64,000 nucleotides of DNA from Ostreococcus lucimarinus (taxonomy: Eukaryota). Each line of letters starts with the position of its first letter. Within the stretch, counting starts at the first letter, position 1. Under the pieces are notes generated by a model. It was not told the origin of the DNA. It searched no databases and was given only the letters and a program-made list of their open reading frames with translations. Location: NCBI GenBank assembly GCA_000092065.1, contig CP000582.1; one strand, 5' to 3'. The translations under genes were made by a program, and so were the position numbers. Positions 10,185 through 19,465 of the stretch are shown here, piece after piece.

Positions 10185-12341
10185 ATGGCGTCCGACGTCG
10201 CCGCCGCCTCGCGCGCGCGCGAGGACGCCCGCGTCGCGTTCTTCGACGCCGTCCGACGCGCCGTCGTCGCGCTCGGGACCGCGGACGACGACGAACCATC
10301 CGCGAACGATGCGCGCGCGGCGTCGACGGAACGCGACGACGCGGCGACGCTCTCGCGCGCGGCGTCCGCCGCGCGCGCGCTCGCGGCGACGGCGAATGCG
10401 CTGGCCGTCGCGGACGACGTCGCGGGGTCGGTGAGCGAGCTGGAGGACGAGGACGGGGCGATGGCGAAGCTGGAGCGCGCGAGCGCGAGCGCGGCGAGCG
10501 CGGCGGAGACGTTTCGGACGCTCGCGAGCGAGGACGGGGCGCGCGCGCGGGCGATGATCGGTGAGCGTGGACAGCTGACGTGCGATGCGGTGCGAGACGC
10601 CGCGTGGGGGGGGCTTCGAGCGAGGCTGGCGGCGAGCGGGTGGCCGCCCGGTTTGCGGCCGACGGAGCTGCGCGCGTACGGGTGGTCGTTGGCGCGAGAC
10701 GGCGGCGAGGACGACGACGCGGACGCGGCGTTGAGGGAATTGCGCGCCGTGCGAGCGTTTCACGTGCTGCGAACGACGTCGGAGGCGAGAGCGGCGTTCG
10801 CGGGGGAGGCGTCGTTCGCGCACGACGACGTCGCGTTGGCGTTTGTGGAGGATTTAGCCGAAGCCTTGCGCGTGACGTTTGCCACGCGCGGATCGTTGAG
10901 CGATCCGAGGAAACCCGAGCGCTTATTCGCGTGCGCGAAGGAGTTGACGATCAAGACGCCGATGTTGGTGCGCGCCGAGCTCGATCGCGCGGTTTTCGTC
11001 GACGAGCCAAAAATCGCCGTGGCGACGACTCGACACTACTTGTCGCTGTTGCTTCACGCCGTTTCGGACGTCATTCGAACGCACGTGTGCGTCGCGTGCG
11101 CGGCAAGCGAAGAACCGTGGTGGTTGCACGTCGCCGACGAGTGTCGCGCGTTTGACGATCACGTGTCTCGTAATCCGTACGCGGACGTCGAGGAGACGCC
11201 GAAGGTCCTCGACGCTTTGGTGTGCGAGCAGGCGCACGCCGAGGCATGGCTCGACGCCGAGTGCGAGCACGCGAGAGTGCGGGCGAGCAAGTCATGGAAC
11301 GAGGCGAAGAATTGGGCCGCGAGCGCGGAAGACGGGGACGTGGAATACAAGGCGCCGTACGTCGCCCAAGTCGTCGTGGAGGAAACAAAGAACGCGTTCG
11401 AGAGCGCCAAGGGGCTGTCGAGGGCAGACTGGCGGTTATATTTCGTAAACAGAGTGGCGATACCAGTCTTAGATGAGTTTATAGACGAGTGTGAGTGTCG
11501 TGCGGTGGGTTCGAAAGGATTAGGTTCGCTCGTCGCGGCGACGGGGAGCTGGCGCTCCGGCACGGAGGGCACCGCAGTCATCGGCGCCGCCGTGAACGCA
11601 TCCACTTTCGTCGCTCGAGCGTTGCGCGTGTTGGCAGAAGACACGTTTGTTTTAGAGTTTGGTGGAGAAAAGTGTTTGGAGACGTACGCGAGCAAGTTCG
11701 AAAAGTTCACCGCGCGTTGGATCGACGCCGTCGCGGACGCCGCCGCGTCGCAATTCACGGATAAAGTACTCGGCGACGCCTACGTCGGTTCGACGCACTT
11801 GCAGGCGTACGAAACGCTCGGTGACGAAGATGCACGTGATGCTAGCGATGATGGATCGTCCCGGAACGTATCGGCGAGCGGGTACATGCTCGCCGCTCTC
11901 GCGCCTCTTCGCGACCGCGTCGACGACGCTCGAGCGGCGTTCGGCGTCGCGGCGTTTGAAAAGTGTTGGCGCGCGATCGCGAGCAAGACGACGCGCGTGA
12001 TCGTCGATCGCATCGTGTGCGTCGCGACGTTCTCTCGCGCGGGCGCGAAGCAACTCGAGCGCGATCGCGACGCCCACGCGAACGTCTTCGTCGAGTGCGC
12101 CAAGCGGCCGTCGGCGCTTCGAGCCAAAACAAAGACTCTCGCCGAATGCGTCTCCGCGCTTTCGTGCGACGGTCCCACGGCGCGCGAGCTCATCGAGGCT
12201 CTTCGTAGCGACGGTATGAAGGGCCTAGCCGTGGTCAACGCCCGTAAGTCATCGCTCGACGTCACCGCGCTCGACGACGCCTCGCTTCTCCGAGTCCTTC
12301 GCCGCCGCCGCGACGTCGTCGACGGCGACGCCGTCGCCTAG
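10185..12341 (+). CDS. Conserved hypothetical protein, possibly a RINT1/TIP20-like tethering factor
   Basis: 718-aa ORF from the ATG at 10185 (MASDVAAASRARED). Ala-rich coiled N-terminus and a helical C-terminal domain. No diagnostic motif recognised, so the family call is tentative. Confidence 0.4.
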   Translation: MASDVAAASRAREDARVAFFDAVRRAVVALGTADDDEPSANDARAASTERDDAATLSRAASAARALAATANALAVADDVAGSVSELEDEDGAMAKLERASASAASAAETFRTLASEDGARARAMIGERGQLTCDAVRDAAWGGLRARLAASGWPPGLRPTELRAYGWSLARDGGEDDDADAALRELRAVRAFHVLRTTSEARAAFAGEASFAHDDVALAFVEDLAEALRVTFATRGSLSDPRKPERLFACAKELTIKTPMLVRAELDRAVFVDEPKIAVATTRHYLSLLLHAVSDVIRTHVCVACAASEEPWWLHVADECRAFDDHVSRNPYADVEETPKVLDALVCEQAHAEAWLDAECEHARVRASKSWNEAKNWAASAEDGDVEYKAPYVAQVVVEETKNAFESAKGLSRADWRLYFVNRVAIPVLDEFIDECECRAVGSKGLGSLVAATGSWRSGTEGTAVIGAAVNASTFVARALRVLAEDTFVLEFGGEKCLETYASKFEKFTARWIDAVADAAASQFTDKVLGDAYVGSTHLQAYETLGDEDARDASDDGSSRNVSASGYMLAALAPLRDRVDDARAAFGVAAFEKCWRAIASKTTRVIVDRIVCVATFSRAGAKQLERDRDAHANVFVECAKRPSALRAKTKTLAECVSALSCDGPTARELIEALRSDGMKGLAVVNARKSSLDVTALDDASLLRVLRRRRDVVDGDAVA

Positions 12342-12471
12342 CCCCCACGACCGCGCGCGCGTCGCCCCTCGCGATTAGAACACACTCAAACAAGCACAAC
12401 CATAGTCAAAAATCATTCACGCTATTCGGATTACAACCGCGCCGCGACGCCGCTCGACCCTCGACCGCGGT

Positions 12472-12918
12472 CTACGTCCGCCTCTGGTCCGGGTCGTGCA
12501 CGATCAACTCGTCGATCCCCCAATCCTCGTAACTCCCGTCCGGCATGTACCGCCGCACCACAAACGGCACTCTTTTCTCCCTCAACTCCTTCCCGGCGAT
12601 CTCCAGCGGATCCGTCTCTCCCTCGAGCTGCACCAACACCGGCGCGTTCATCGAAATCTGCAGCGCCCTCGTCCCCAGGATGCGCGCCCGCTCGTACTTT
12701 GTCATGTACGGCGTCGTCGTCCGCTCGTGCCTCGGCACCGCCCCACCGCCGCCTCGCCGCGTCGACCCTCGCCGCGCCCCTCCCGCGCGCTCGTCGCTGT
12801 CCACGATCGTCGGCGCGTCGTCCGCGTCGTCGTCGTCGGCGATCGCGTCCGCGTCCGCGAGATCGTCATCGATCGCGACGTCCTCGTCGCCGTAATCGCG
12901 CTCCTCCGCGTCCTCCAT
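12472..12918 (-). CDS. RPB6: RNA polymerase I/II/III common subunit RPB6 (RPABC2)
   Basis: Acidic N-terminus [19 protein letters not shown]. Core [72 protein letters not shown] is near-identical to eukaryotic Rpb6. Start trimmed to the ATG at 12918. Confidence 0.9.
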   Translation of the reverse strand: MEDAEERDYGDEDVAIDDDLADADAIADDDDADDAPTIVDSDERAGGARRGSTRRGGGGAVPRHERTTTPYMTKYERARILGTRALQISMNAPVLVQLEGETDPLEIAGKELREKRVPFVVRRYMPDGSYEDWGIDELIVHDPDQRRT

Positions 12919-13081
12919 GGCGCGCGCGCGATCGAGCGCTCTTCGCCGCGTCCGTTCGCGCGTCGAGCGACGCTCGCGCGCTCGCGCGCGGCGCGGAGTG
13001 CGGCGACGCGCGCGCGCGGGACGCGCCGCACTGTCGGCGGCGCGACGATTCATCGGCGCCGCGCGCGCCGCGCGGCGTCGC

Positions 13082-14125
13082 ATGGCGCTTCGACGCGCCT
13101 CGAAGGTCGCGACGGCGGTCTCGCGCGCGCGCGCCGCGTCGGCGGCGCACCGCGGCGCGCGCGCGACGCGCGAGGGGACGTCGCGCGCGTCGAGGGCGGG
13201 CGGCGTCGACGCGGCGTCGTCGTCGACGCGTCGCGCGGGCGCGCCGACGCGCGCGCTCGCGAGCGCGAGCGCGCCGTGGTACGCGGCGTCGCCGAGCGGG
13301 CGCGCGGTGACGCTGCTGTGCGCGTTCGCGTCGGCGACGGACCGAGGGCGATGGGACGTCTTCGGCGATTTCGAGCACGGCGGCGCGAGCGCGTGCGAGC
13401 TCGTCGCGGGACGCGACGACGATGAGGATTCAGACGACGCGGGCGAAGATAACGGCGGTGCGACGATGGAAAGAATGGACGACGCGCGACGCGAGGCGCT
13501 GCGAAGGCGATACAGCACGCTGCGAGGGCGCGTCGACTGCGCGCCGCCGCCGAGCGGGACGAAGTCGCGGTTGAAGCGAAGCGGCTTCGCGGGCGCGCGC
13601 ACGAAACCGCTGACGCGAACGCTCGTGAATCCAGATCCCACGCTCGATTTCGACGCGTACGACGCGCTGAGTTATCGCGTGCGCGGCGACGGTCGGATGT
13701 ACGTGGCGAGCGTGCGAACGGAGAACTGGATGACGGGCGACTCCGCGGAGGACGTGTGGCAGGCGGCGTTTCGACCGCCGAAGGACGAGTGGGTGGACGT
13801 CGTCGTCCCCATCGAAGCGTTCGTGCAGACGCATCGCGGACGCGCCGTGCGCGATCACTCGCGCATGAGCGCCAATCGCGTGGTGTTTCTCGGCTTGGCC
13901 GTCGCCGGGAGCGCCGAGAAGAGCCTCGAGGCGCGTCGCGCCGAAGCCGACGGCCCGTTCCGTCTCGACGTGCACTCCATCTCGGGCCTGCGCATGACGG
14001 AAGAAGAGCTCGAAGCGCACGCCGCGGCTCGCGAGGGCACGCGCGAAAACTACCCGTGCGGCGGTTTCGCCGCGCGCGCCGTCGAAGCCCTCGACGCGCG
14101 CGACGATTTCGTCAATCCCTTCTAG
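13082..14125 (+). CDS. CIA30 (NDUFAF1)-like complex I assembly factor domain protein
   Basis: CIA30-like beta-sandwich region [13 protein letters not shown]...[19 protein letters not shown]...RVVFLGLAV...[11 protein letters not shown]. Start could also be the ATG at 12917, which would add an Arg-rich presequence. Confidence 0.55.
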   Translation: MALRRASKVATAVSRARAASAAHRGARATREGTSRASRAGGVDAASSSTRRAGAPTRALASASAPWYAASPSGRAVTLLCAFASATDRGRWDVFGDFEHGGASACELVAGRDDDEDSDDAGEDNGGATMERMDDARREALRRRYSTLRGRVDCAPPPSGTKSRLKRSGFAGARTKPLTRTLVNPDPTLDFDAYDALSYRVRGDGRMYVASVRTENWMTGDSAEDVWQAAFRPPKDEWVDVVVPIEAFVQTHRGRAVRDHSRMSANRVVFLGLAVAGSAEKSLEARRAEADGPFRLDVHSISGLRMTEEELEAHAAAREGTRENYPCGGFAARAVEALDARDDFVNPF

Positions 14126-14334
14126 CCTCCTCGCGCCGTCGCGCGAGGCGTGTACACCGTTGCAGTTGTCGATTTTTAGATTTATCGCGTCGTTCCTCGC
14201 GCGCGGCGTCGCTCGCGCGTCGCTCGCGCGTCGCGCGCGTCGTCTCGCGTCGCCGTCGCTCGACGCCCGCGCCGCTCGTCCGCGCGTCGACCGCACTCCT
14301 CGACGCCCGCGCCCCTCGATCGCGCCCGCGCGCG

Positions 14335-15186
14335 ATGACGACCACCACGCGCACCGCGCGCGCGCTCAGCGCGCGATGCCTGCCGCGCGCGATGCGCCGC
14401 GCCGTCGCCTCGCCGATCCCTCGACCGACGTCCCGACCGCGTCGCGCGCGCCTCCACGAGCTCGCGCGCGCGGGCTGGAACGATTTCGCCTGGTCCAAGG
14501 CATCCGTCGTCGCGAACGATCGCCGCGCGCGCGCGGGCGAGGCCGAGCTGCGGGCGATCGGGGTGGAGATCGGGGCGGCGGCGCGCGCGGCGTACGCGAC
14601 GCCGGGACAATTTTTGCAGATACGCACGCGAGAGGACGGTAAAGCGGCGTTCATCGCCATCGCGAGCGCGCCGGGTGAGTGCGCGTTCGGTGAGGGGGCG
14701 GTGGAGCTGCTGGTGAAGGCGCAGAGCGGGGCGACGGCGGGAGAGATTTGCGCGCTCGACGTCGGCGCCGAGGTGGAGGTTTCGCCGGTGATGGGGAAAG
14801 GATTCGATCTGACGGCGGTGCGCGGACGATCGAAGGCGGTGCTGTTCGCCACGGGATCGGGAATTTCGCCCATTCGCGCGCTGCTGCGAAGTGGGACGCT
14901 GAAGACGGACGCGGGCGCGACGACGCTGTATTACGGGACGCGCGACGCCGAGGCGACGGCGTTTTTGGAGGAATCCGCGTCGTGGCCGTGCGACGTCGTG
15001 CGCGTGTATTCCGAAGATTCGGGCAAACACGTGCAGGATGTGTTGCGCGAAGACATCGCGAGCGGGAAGATCGACGCGAACGACACGTTTGCGGTGTTGT
15101 GTGGTCAAAAGGAAATGGCGGACGAAGTCATCGAGATGCTCACCTCCGCCGGTTTGCCGCGCGAGGCGTGCGTGATGAACTTTTAA
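14335..15186 (+). CDS. FNR-like FAD/NAD(P)-binding oxidoreductase with transit peptide
   Basis: ATG at 14335 (MTTTTRTARALSARCLP...). Motifs QFLQIRTRE, GKGF, LFATGSGISPIRA and VLCGQKEM typify the ferredoxin-reductase-type superfamily. Confidence 0.6.
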   Translation: MTTTTRTARALSARCLPRAMRRAVASPIPRPTSRPRRARLHELARAGWNDFAWSKASVVANDRRARAGEAELRAIGVEIGAAARAAYATPGQFLQIRTREDGKAAFIAIASAPGECAFGEGAVELLVKAQSGATAGEICALDVGAEVEVSPVMGKGFDLTAVRGRSKAVLFATGSGISPIRALLRSGTLKTDAGATTLYYGTRDAEATAFLEESASWPCDVVRVYSEDSGKHVQDVLREDIASGKIDANDTFAVLCGQKEMADEVIEMLTSAGLPREACVMNF

Positions 15187-15266
15187 TTTTATTCGTGCGT
15201 GAAGAATTATTTTATACAATACATTTGAAGGCTCTACTGTGCGTCTTTCTATCGTGTGCCTTCTTT

Positions 15267-18200
15267 TCACGGTGAGCCCGAGCCCCCGGACGTTCGCTTG
15301 CGCGCCTCGCGCGCTCTCTTGATGGCCTCCTCTAGAGCGCTCATGTCCGTGACGGACGTCGAGCGGTTCACCGCGCCCACGCGTCGCATGGGCACGCCGC
15401 CGTCTTCCTCGGAGATAAGATCCGATCTCGACGGCGATCGTCCGAATGCATTGCGCGAGAATGGGATGTCGCGAATGTCGCGTTCACCCTCGGCGTTCGT
15501 TCGATACGACGGGCCCGACAAGTTGCTGACGCTACTCGATCGCGGTAGGCCCACCGAGCTCGATCGCTGTAAGTTCGAACCAGCTTTTGCACTGTTCGGC
15601 TCGGACGCGCCGTTGGCTTGCGGTCGCTGAGTGAACATATCGAAGAATTGCTGCCCGTAGGAGTCTCGTCGTCGCAATGAATTTTGCGTGTGGTATCGAG
15701 GCGAGTCCGGAATCGTCGAGCTTGGTCGCTCATCGAGCACTTGATCGTAAATTTCAATTGGGCTCTGCGCTTTCCAAGCCGGAAGCTCACCCTTGGTGGT
15801 CGACGCCGGCGCCGACGACGATAAACTCGATGCATCGGACATCCGACCCGTTCGTAACGGCGACAAGTAGGACGAAGGGTTCACCGGCGCGCGCGAATTC
15901 GCCGTCTCTGAAACCGCATCCATCGCAGCTTGCAACGCGCTCTTTCCTCGAGGGGGCGTCATCGGTGCCGTAGGCGTCGATGGACGCGAAGGCACGCCTT
16001 CACCGTCTCGGGTCTCTACCTTTGGTGACGGGGGCTGCGGCTGTTTCGCCGGCTCAGCAGAACTCGTTGCAGGCTCGTTCGATGTGAACGCGAACGGACT
16101 CTCCTTGCTCAGCGCCGCGACGGAAGCGGCATCTAAGCGATCGCTCGAAAACGAGACTGTGTTGTCCTTGCGCGCCGTCGGAATAACGACGGATGACTCC
16201 GAAATCGGCGGCGCCGCCGCCGCCTTGAGCGCAGCCGCAGAAGGCGCGGGCGTGACGAAAGCGGCCGGCGGCGGCGGTGGTGGCGTCGGCGGTTCAGACG
16301 TCTTCAACGTCTGTGGCAACGTCTTCGCCGACATCGCCTCCTTCGACGGCGTTGAGCCTTCTGGAATGAACGGCATCTTCACCCCGTTTACGAAGCCCGT
16401 CATTCCGATCACCTTTTCGCTCGTCTGCTCGAGGTCTCGCGAGTTGCTATTCATCAGCGCGCGCACGGGCAAATCGTACGGTCTGTTGCCAAACGGCTGC
16501 TCGATTTGCTCAGCCGCAGCCTCAATCCCGAACAGGGCGAGAGAAAGAATGGTGGTGACGGGGACGACGCCCCATACTCCGACTTCATGCACTAAAATCA
16601 TCGGTAACGAGCACACGTACACCATGAGCGTAGACTTCAAGTGGGTGATGATGCAACCCGGAGGCGGTTGGTTGACGACTTTTTCGCAACTCCCGTAGTT
16701 ATCCATGATCATCGCCACCTCGCTGTGGATCGTGCTCGCGATGGCGGGAGGGACGTAACCTTTGTTGAATGCTTCTTGGACGCAGCCGCGAATCTTTTCG
16801 AGGCAGTACAACACCTTATTCTCGGCGAGAAATAATCCTTCCAAGTCTCCCGCGTCAAGCGGTGTGGTGAGCTGACTCAAAATCGCTCCGTCGTTCAGCA
16901 CTGTACCATTCAATCGATCAGCCACGGTTTCTTTCAAAGCACCAATCAGACCCAGCGTTCGCGCGGCGAGTATCGGGTCGTCCGGCGCGACCCACGTGCA
17001 GAACGTGCCGCCAAGATTTTTGCAGTAAAACAAAATGTTTCCGAGACACGTGCGGCCGTACCACCAGCGCTCGTGCGCGTTGTTCCATCTAAAGACTAAC
17101 ATGAAACCCATGGGGAGGCCCAGGACGCCGTGCATGAAGGGTGAGAGCTTGAACATGTTCGCACCGAGACGAACCTTGGCGAAAGCCACGGCACACGCGC
17201 ACGTTGTGCTCAACAACGTCGGCTGCACAGGACCGAGTTCACGATTGATCACCCAGCGAGGGTTACGACCGAACACAGAGCTAAACAATCCATTATCGCT
17301 AAACTCGAGAGGATTCTCGGGGTAAAGTAGCAGCGAAGCTAAGAATAAACCGGTACCCATGACGGAGAACAAAACGAGTCGCGTCGTCTTGCTCGGGTCG
17401 CGCGTGATCCAAATATTGAGCAACCTTTGCATGATGCGAACAATCTCGCGCTCGGTTTCTTCCCACGCGAGTTTGTACCAGGGATCGGGAAGCACGACCT
17501 CGTCGTCGTCATCTTCCTCTTCGTCCTCGTCGTCTCCGTCATTCTTATCGTCTCCTCCTCCTCCTCCCCCGCCGCCGCCGGACCGCGCGTCGTCGCCATC
17601 ATCGCCACCGCCCACGCCCGCTAACACGGGATCAGCACCAGATTCTGCGGCCATTCCCGCCGCGGACCTTATCGCGCCTCCGCTCACCACCGGCGCGCTC
17701 TTCGGCGTCGCCAGCTTCTTCTCCCCCGTCTCCTTCTCTCCGTCAGTTTTCGGTTTCGTCTTCGTCGTCGCGCCTCCCTTCGTCGCGCTTCCGCTCGGTC
17801 CTTTCCCATCACCGTCTGCGGCGTCCCCCCCTTCCTTATCTCCACCGTCTTCTTTGTACTCTTTCCCTCTCGGTTCCCGCTTCGACGGCGGCAACAGTTC
17901 TTCCTCGCTCAACACCGGCCGCGTCGTCGACTCCGCGCGCGCGGGCGTCGATTTCGTCGGCTCATCCCGCGCCACCGCCGGCGTCTGCGCCACCGGTCCC
18001 GTGCCCACGATCGCCGTCGTGTTCGCGCGCCGCTTTTCGATGGCGTACGAGTCGTTCGGCTTGGAGGCGCCGCTGACGACGCCGGCGCCGTCGTCGCCGT
18101 CGCACGGCTCCACCATCGCGTCGCTCGCGCGCGGCGCCGGCGCCGCGTCGTCGACGGCATCGGAACGAATCGCCTCGCTCGACGATCGCGCGTCGTCGTC

Positions 18201-18389
18201 GTCGCTCGAGAGCGCGCGCGGCGGCGTGATTTGCACACCTCGTGGAATCGCGACACGGCGAACGAAAACGCGCGCGCGCGGGCTCGCGTGACGCGCGATG
18301 CGAGCGGCGCGCGGTGGAACGCGCCGTGGAACGCGCGCCGAAGCGCTCGACGCGCTCGACGCGCGAACGGTAGGCGCGAGGCGCAGCAT
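15267..18389 (-). CDS. Bestrophin / UPF0187-like anion-channel domain protein with long disordered N- and C-terminal tails
   Basis: Central domain LLNIWITRD...GFMLVFRWNNAHERWWYGRTCLGNI matches the L.FR.N.AY.RWWEGR signature. N-terminal poly-Gly/Asp/Glu tract and a C-terminal ~400 aa Ser/Pro/Ala-rich tail. Start chosen at the ATG at 18389 (MLRLAPTVRASSASSA); the ORF track extends to 18638. Confidence 0.55.
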   Translation of the reverse strand: MLRLAPTVRASSASSASARVPRRVPPRAARIARHASPRARVFVRRVAIPRGVQITPPRALSSDDDDARSSSEAIRSDAVDDAAPAPRASDAMVEPCDGDDGAGVVSGASKPNDSYAIEKRRANTTAIVGTGPVAQTPAVARDEPTKSTPARAESTTRPVLSEEELLPPSKREPRGKEYKEDGGDKEGGDAADGDGKGPSGSATKGGATTKTKPKTDGEKETGEKKLATPKSAPVVSGGAIRSAAGMAAESGADPVLAGVGGGDDGDDARSGGGGGGGGGDDKNDGDDEDEEEDDDDEVVLPDPWYKLAWEETEREIVRIMQRLLNIWITRDPSKTTRLVLFSVMGTGLFLASLLLYPENPLEFSDNGLFSSVFGRNPRWVINRELGPVQPTLLSTTCACAVAFAKVRLGANMFKLSPFMHGVLGLPMGFMLVFRWNNAHERWWYGRTCLGNILFYCKNLGGTFCTWVAPDDPILAARTLGLIGALKETVADRLNGTVLNDGAILSQLTTPLDAGDLEGLFLAENKVLYCLEKIRGCVQEAFNKGYVPPAIASTIHSEVAMIMDNYGSCEKVVNQPPPGCIITHLKSTLMVYVCSLPMILVHEVGVWGVVPVTTILSLALFGIEAAAEQIEQPFGNRPYDLPVRALMNSNSRDLEQTSEKVIGMTGFVNGVKMPFIPEGSTPSKEAMSAKTLPQTLKTSEPPTPPPPPPAAFVTPAPSAAALKAAAAPPISESSVVIPTARKDNTVSFSSDRLDAASVAALSKESPFAFTSNEPATSSAEPAKQPQPPSPKVETRDGEGVPSRPSTPTAPMTPPRGKSALQAAMDAVSETANSRAPVNPSSYLSPLRTGRMSDASSLSSSAPASTTKGELPAWKAQSPIEIYDQVLDERPSSTIPDSPRYHTQNSLRRRDSYGQQFFDMFTQRPQANGASEPNSAKAGSNLQRSSSVGLPRSSSVSNLSGPSYRTNAEGERDIRDIPFSRNAFGRSPSRSDLISEEDGGVPMRRVGAVNRSTSVTDMSALEEAIKRAREARKRTSGGSGSP

Positions 18390-18544
18390 GATGCGCGCGA
18401 GTCGCGGTCTGGGGACGCGCGCGCGAGAGCGCGGCGGCGCGCTCGACGACGTTCGAGCGACGCGCGCGGTGAAGCGCGAGACGGGGTGTACAGATGGTGC
18501 GCGATGGTATTGAATCGAGAGCGACGCGCGCTGGAGCGGCGATG

Positions 18545-18632
18545 GGACGACGGATGGAATCGCGTCGCGCTCGCCGAGAACCGCTTCGGTTCGTCGGTTT
18601 GAGAACGCGTCGGTCATAATTTTCCGTCGTCC
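18545..18632 (-). promoter_or_regulatory. Candidate SECIS element (form 2) in the glutathione peroxidase 3' UTR
   Basis: Minus strand reads GGACGACGG-AAAATT-ATGA-C-CGACGCG-TT-CTC-AAA-[CCGA C GAACCG aag CGGTTC TCGG]-C-GAG-CGCGACG-CGAT-TCCAT-CCGTCGTCC. It has a 9-bp helix I, an AUGA...GA quartet, a ~10-bp helix II, unpaired AAA and an apical mini-hairpin. It lies about 40 nt after the stop. Confidence 0.55.
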
Positions 18633-18671
18633 TCTCATCGTCGTCGAAGCCGTCGTCGTCGTAAACTAAGG

Positions 18672-19391
18672 CTAAAGTTCATCTCGAATGTCTCGCGCGA
18701 TCGCCTGGGCGTCCATCTTCGGCGGATACCGACGAACCACGCGCCCGCGATCGTCTACTAAAAATTTCGCAAAATTCCACTCCGCCGGCGCGCCGCCCGC
18801 GGTGAGCTGCGCGAACATCGGATTGTGCGCCAAATCCAGCGCGGGTTCGAATAACACATCCATGACGTCCGCGAAATCGCGTTTGATTTCCTCATTCGTT
18901 CCTTGCTGATGTCCGAAGTCGTCGCTCGGAAATCCCAATATGCGCAACCCGTCGCCGAATTCTTCGCGAAGCGCGCGAAAGCCCTCGACGTTGGATTGCT
19001 TGTATCCTCAGTGCGATGCGACGTTGGTGACGAGCGTGAACGCGCCTCGCGAAGACTCGCGTTTGGCGACTGGAAATCCCAGGAGCGCTTCGTCGCGCAC
19101 GACGCCGCCGTCGATGTCGTGAAGCACGCCGCTCAACACCGCTTCAAAAACCCCCAGCGCGTCTCGCGCCGCCAGCGCGTCCGCGGAGACGAACGACGCG
19201 GTTTGCAGCGCGCGCGCGTGCGCGCGAGCGTCCGTGAACGGGCGCACGACGACGTGAAGGAAGAAACCACCCAGAACGGTGGTTAGAAGAATCAAAACGA
19301 GTGGGCCGTGACGCGCGCGATTCGCGCGCGCCGTTCCGGGATAGGCGGCGGCGAACGGCGCGGTGCCGCTTGATTCGACGTCCGGAGGCAT
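18672..19391 (-). CDS. GPX: Glutathione peroxidase selenoprotein (in-frame UGA = Sec at 19008-19010)
   Basis: Joining ORFs 19008..19391 and 18672..18947 through the TGA gives AFTLVTNVASH-U-GYKQSNVEGFRALREEFGDGLRILGFPSDDFGHQQGTNEEIK...WNFAKFLVDDRGRVVRRYPP. The TGA sits exactly at the catalytic Sec/Cys of the NVAS(U/C)G motif, and the frame is conserved on both sides. There is no GT-AG alternative. Confidence 0.8.
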
Positions 19392-19465
19392 GGCGACGCG
19401 CGACGCGCGAGAGCGCGGCGTCGCGATGTGGCGCGGTCTACTTATGGTACACTTGCGTTACACAG

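Noticed and set aside
17359-18291. 310-aa plus-strand poly-Ser/Pro ORF
   Set aside because: It is the antisense translation of the low-complexity Gly/Asp/Glu and Ser/Pro tracts of the bestrophin-like gene, not an independent gene.
19008-19010. The in-frame TGA in the GPx considered as a sequencing error, pseudogene or intron
   Set aside because: The codon sits precisely at the catalytic Sec/Cys column. Both flanks stay in one frame with strong GPx conservation. No GT..AG pair brackets it. A SECIS-like fold follows the stop. A selenoprotein is the most parsimonious reading.
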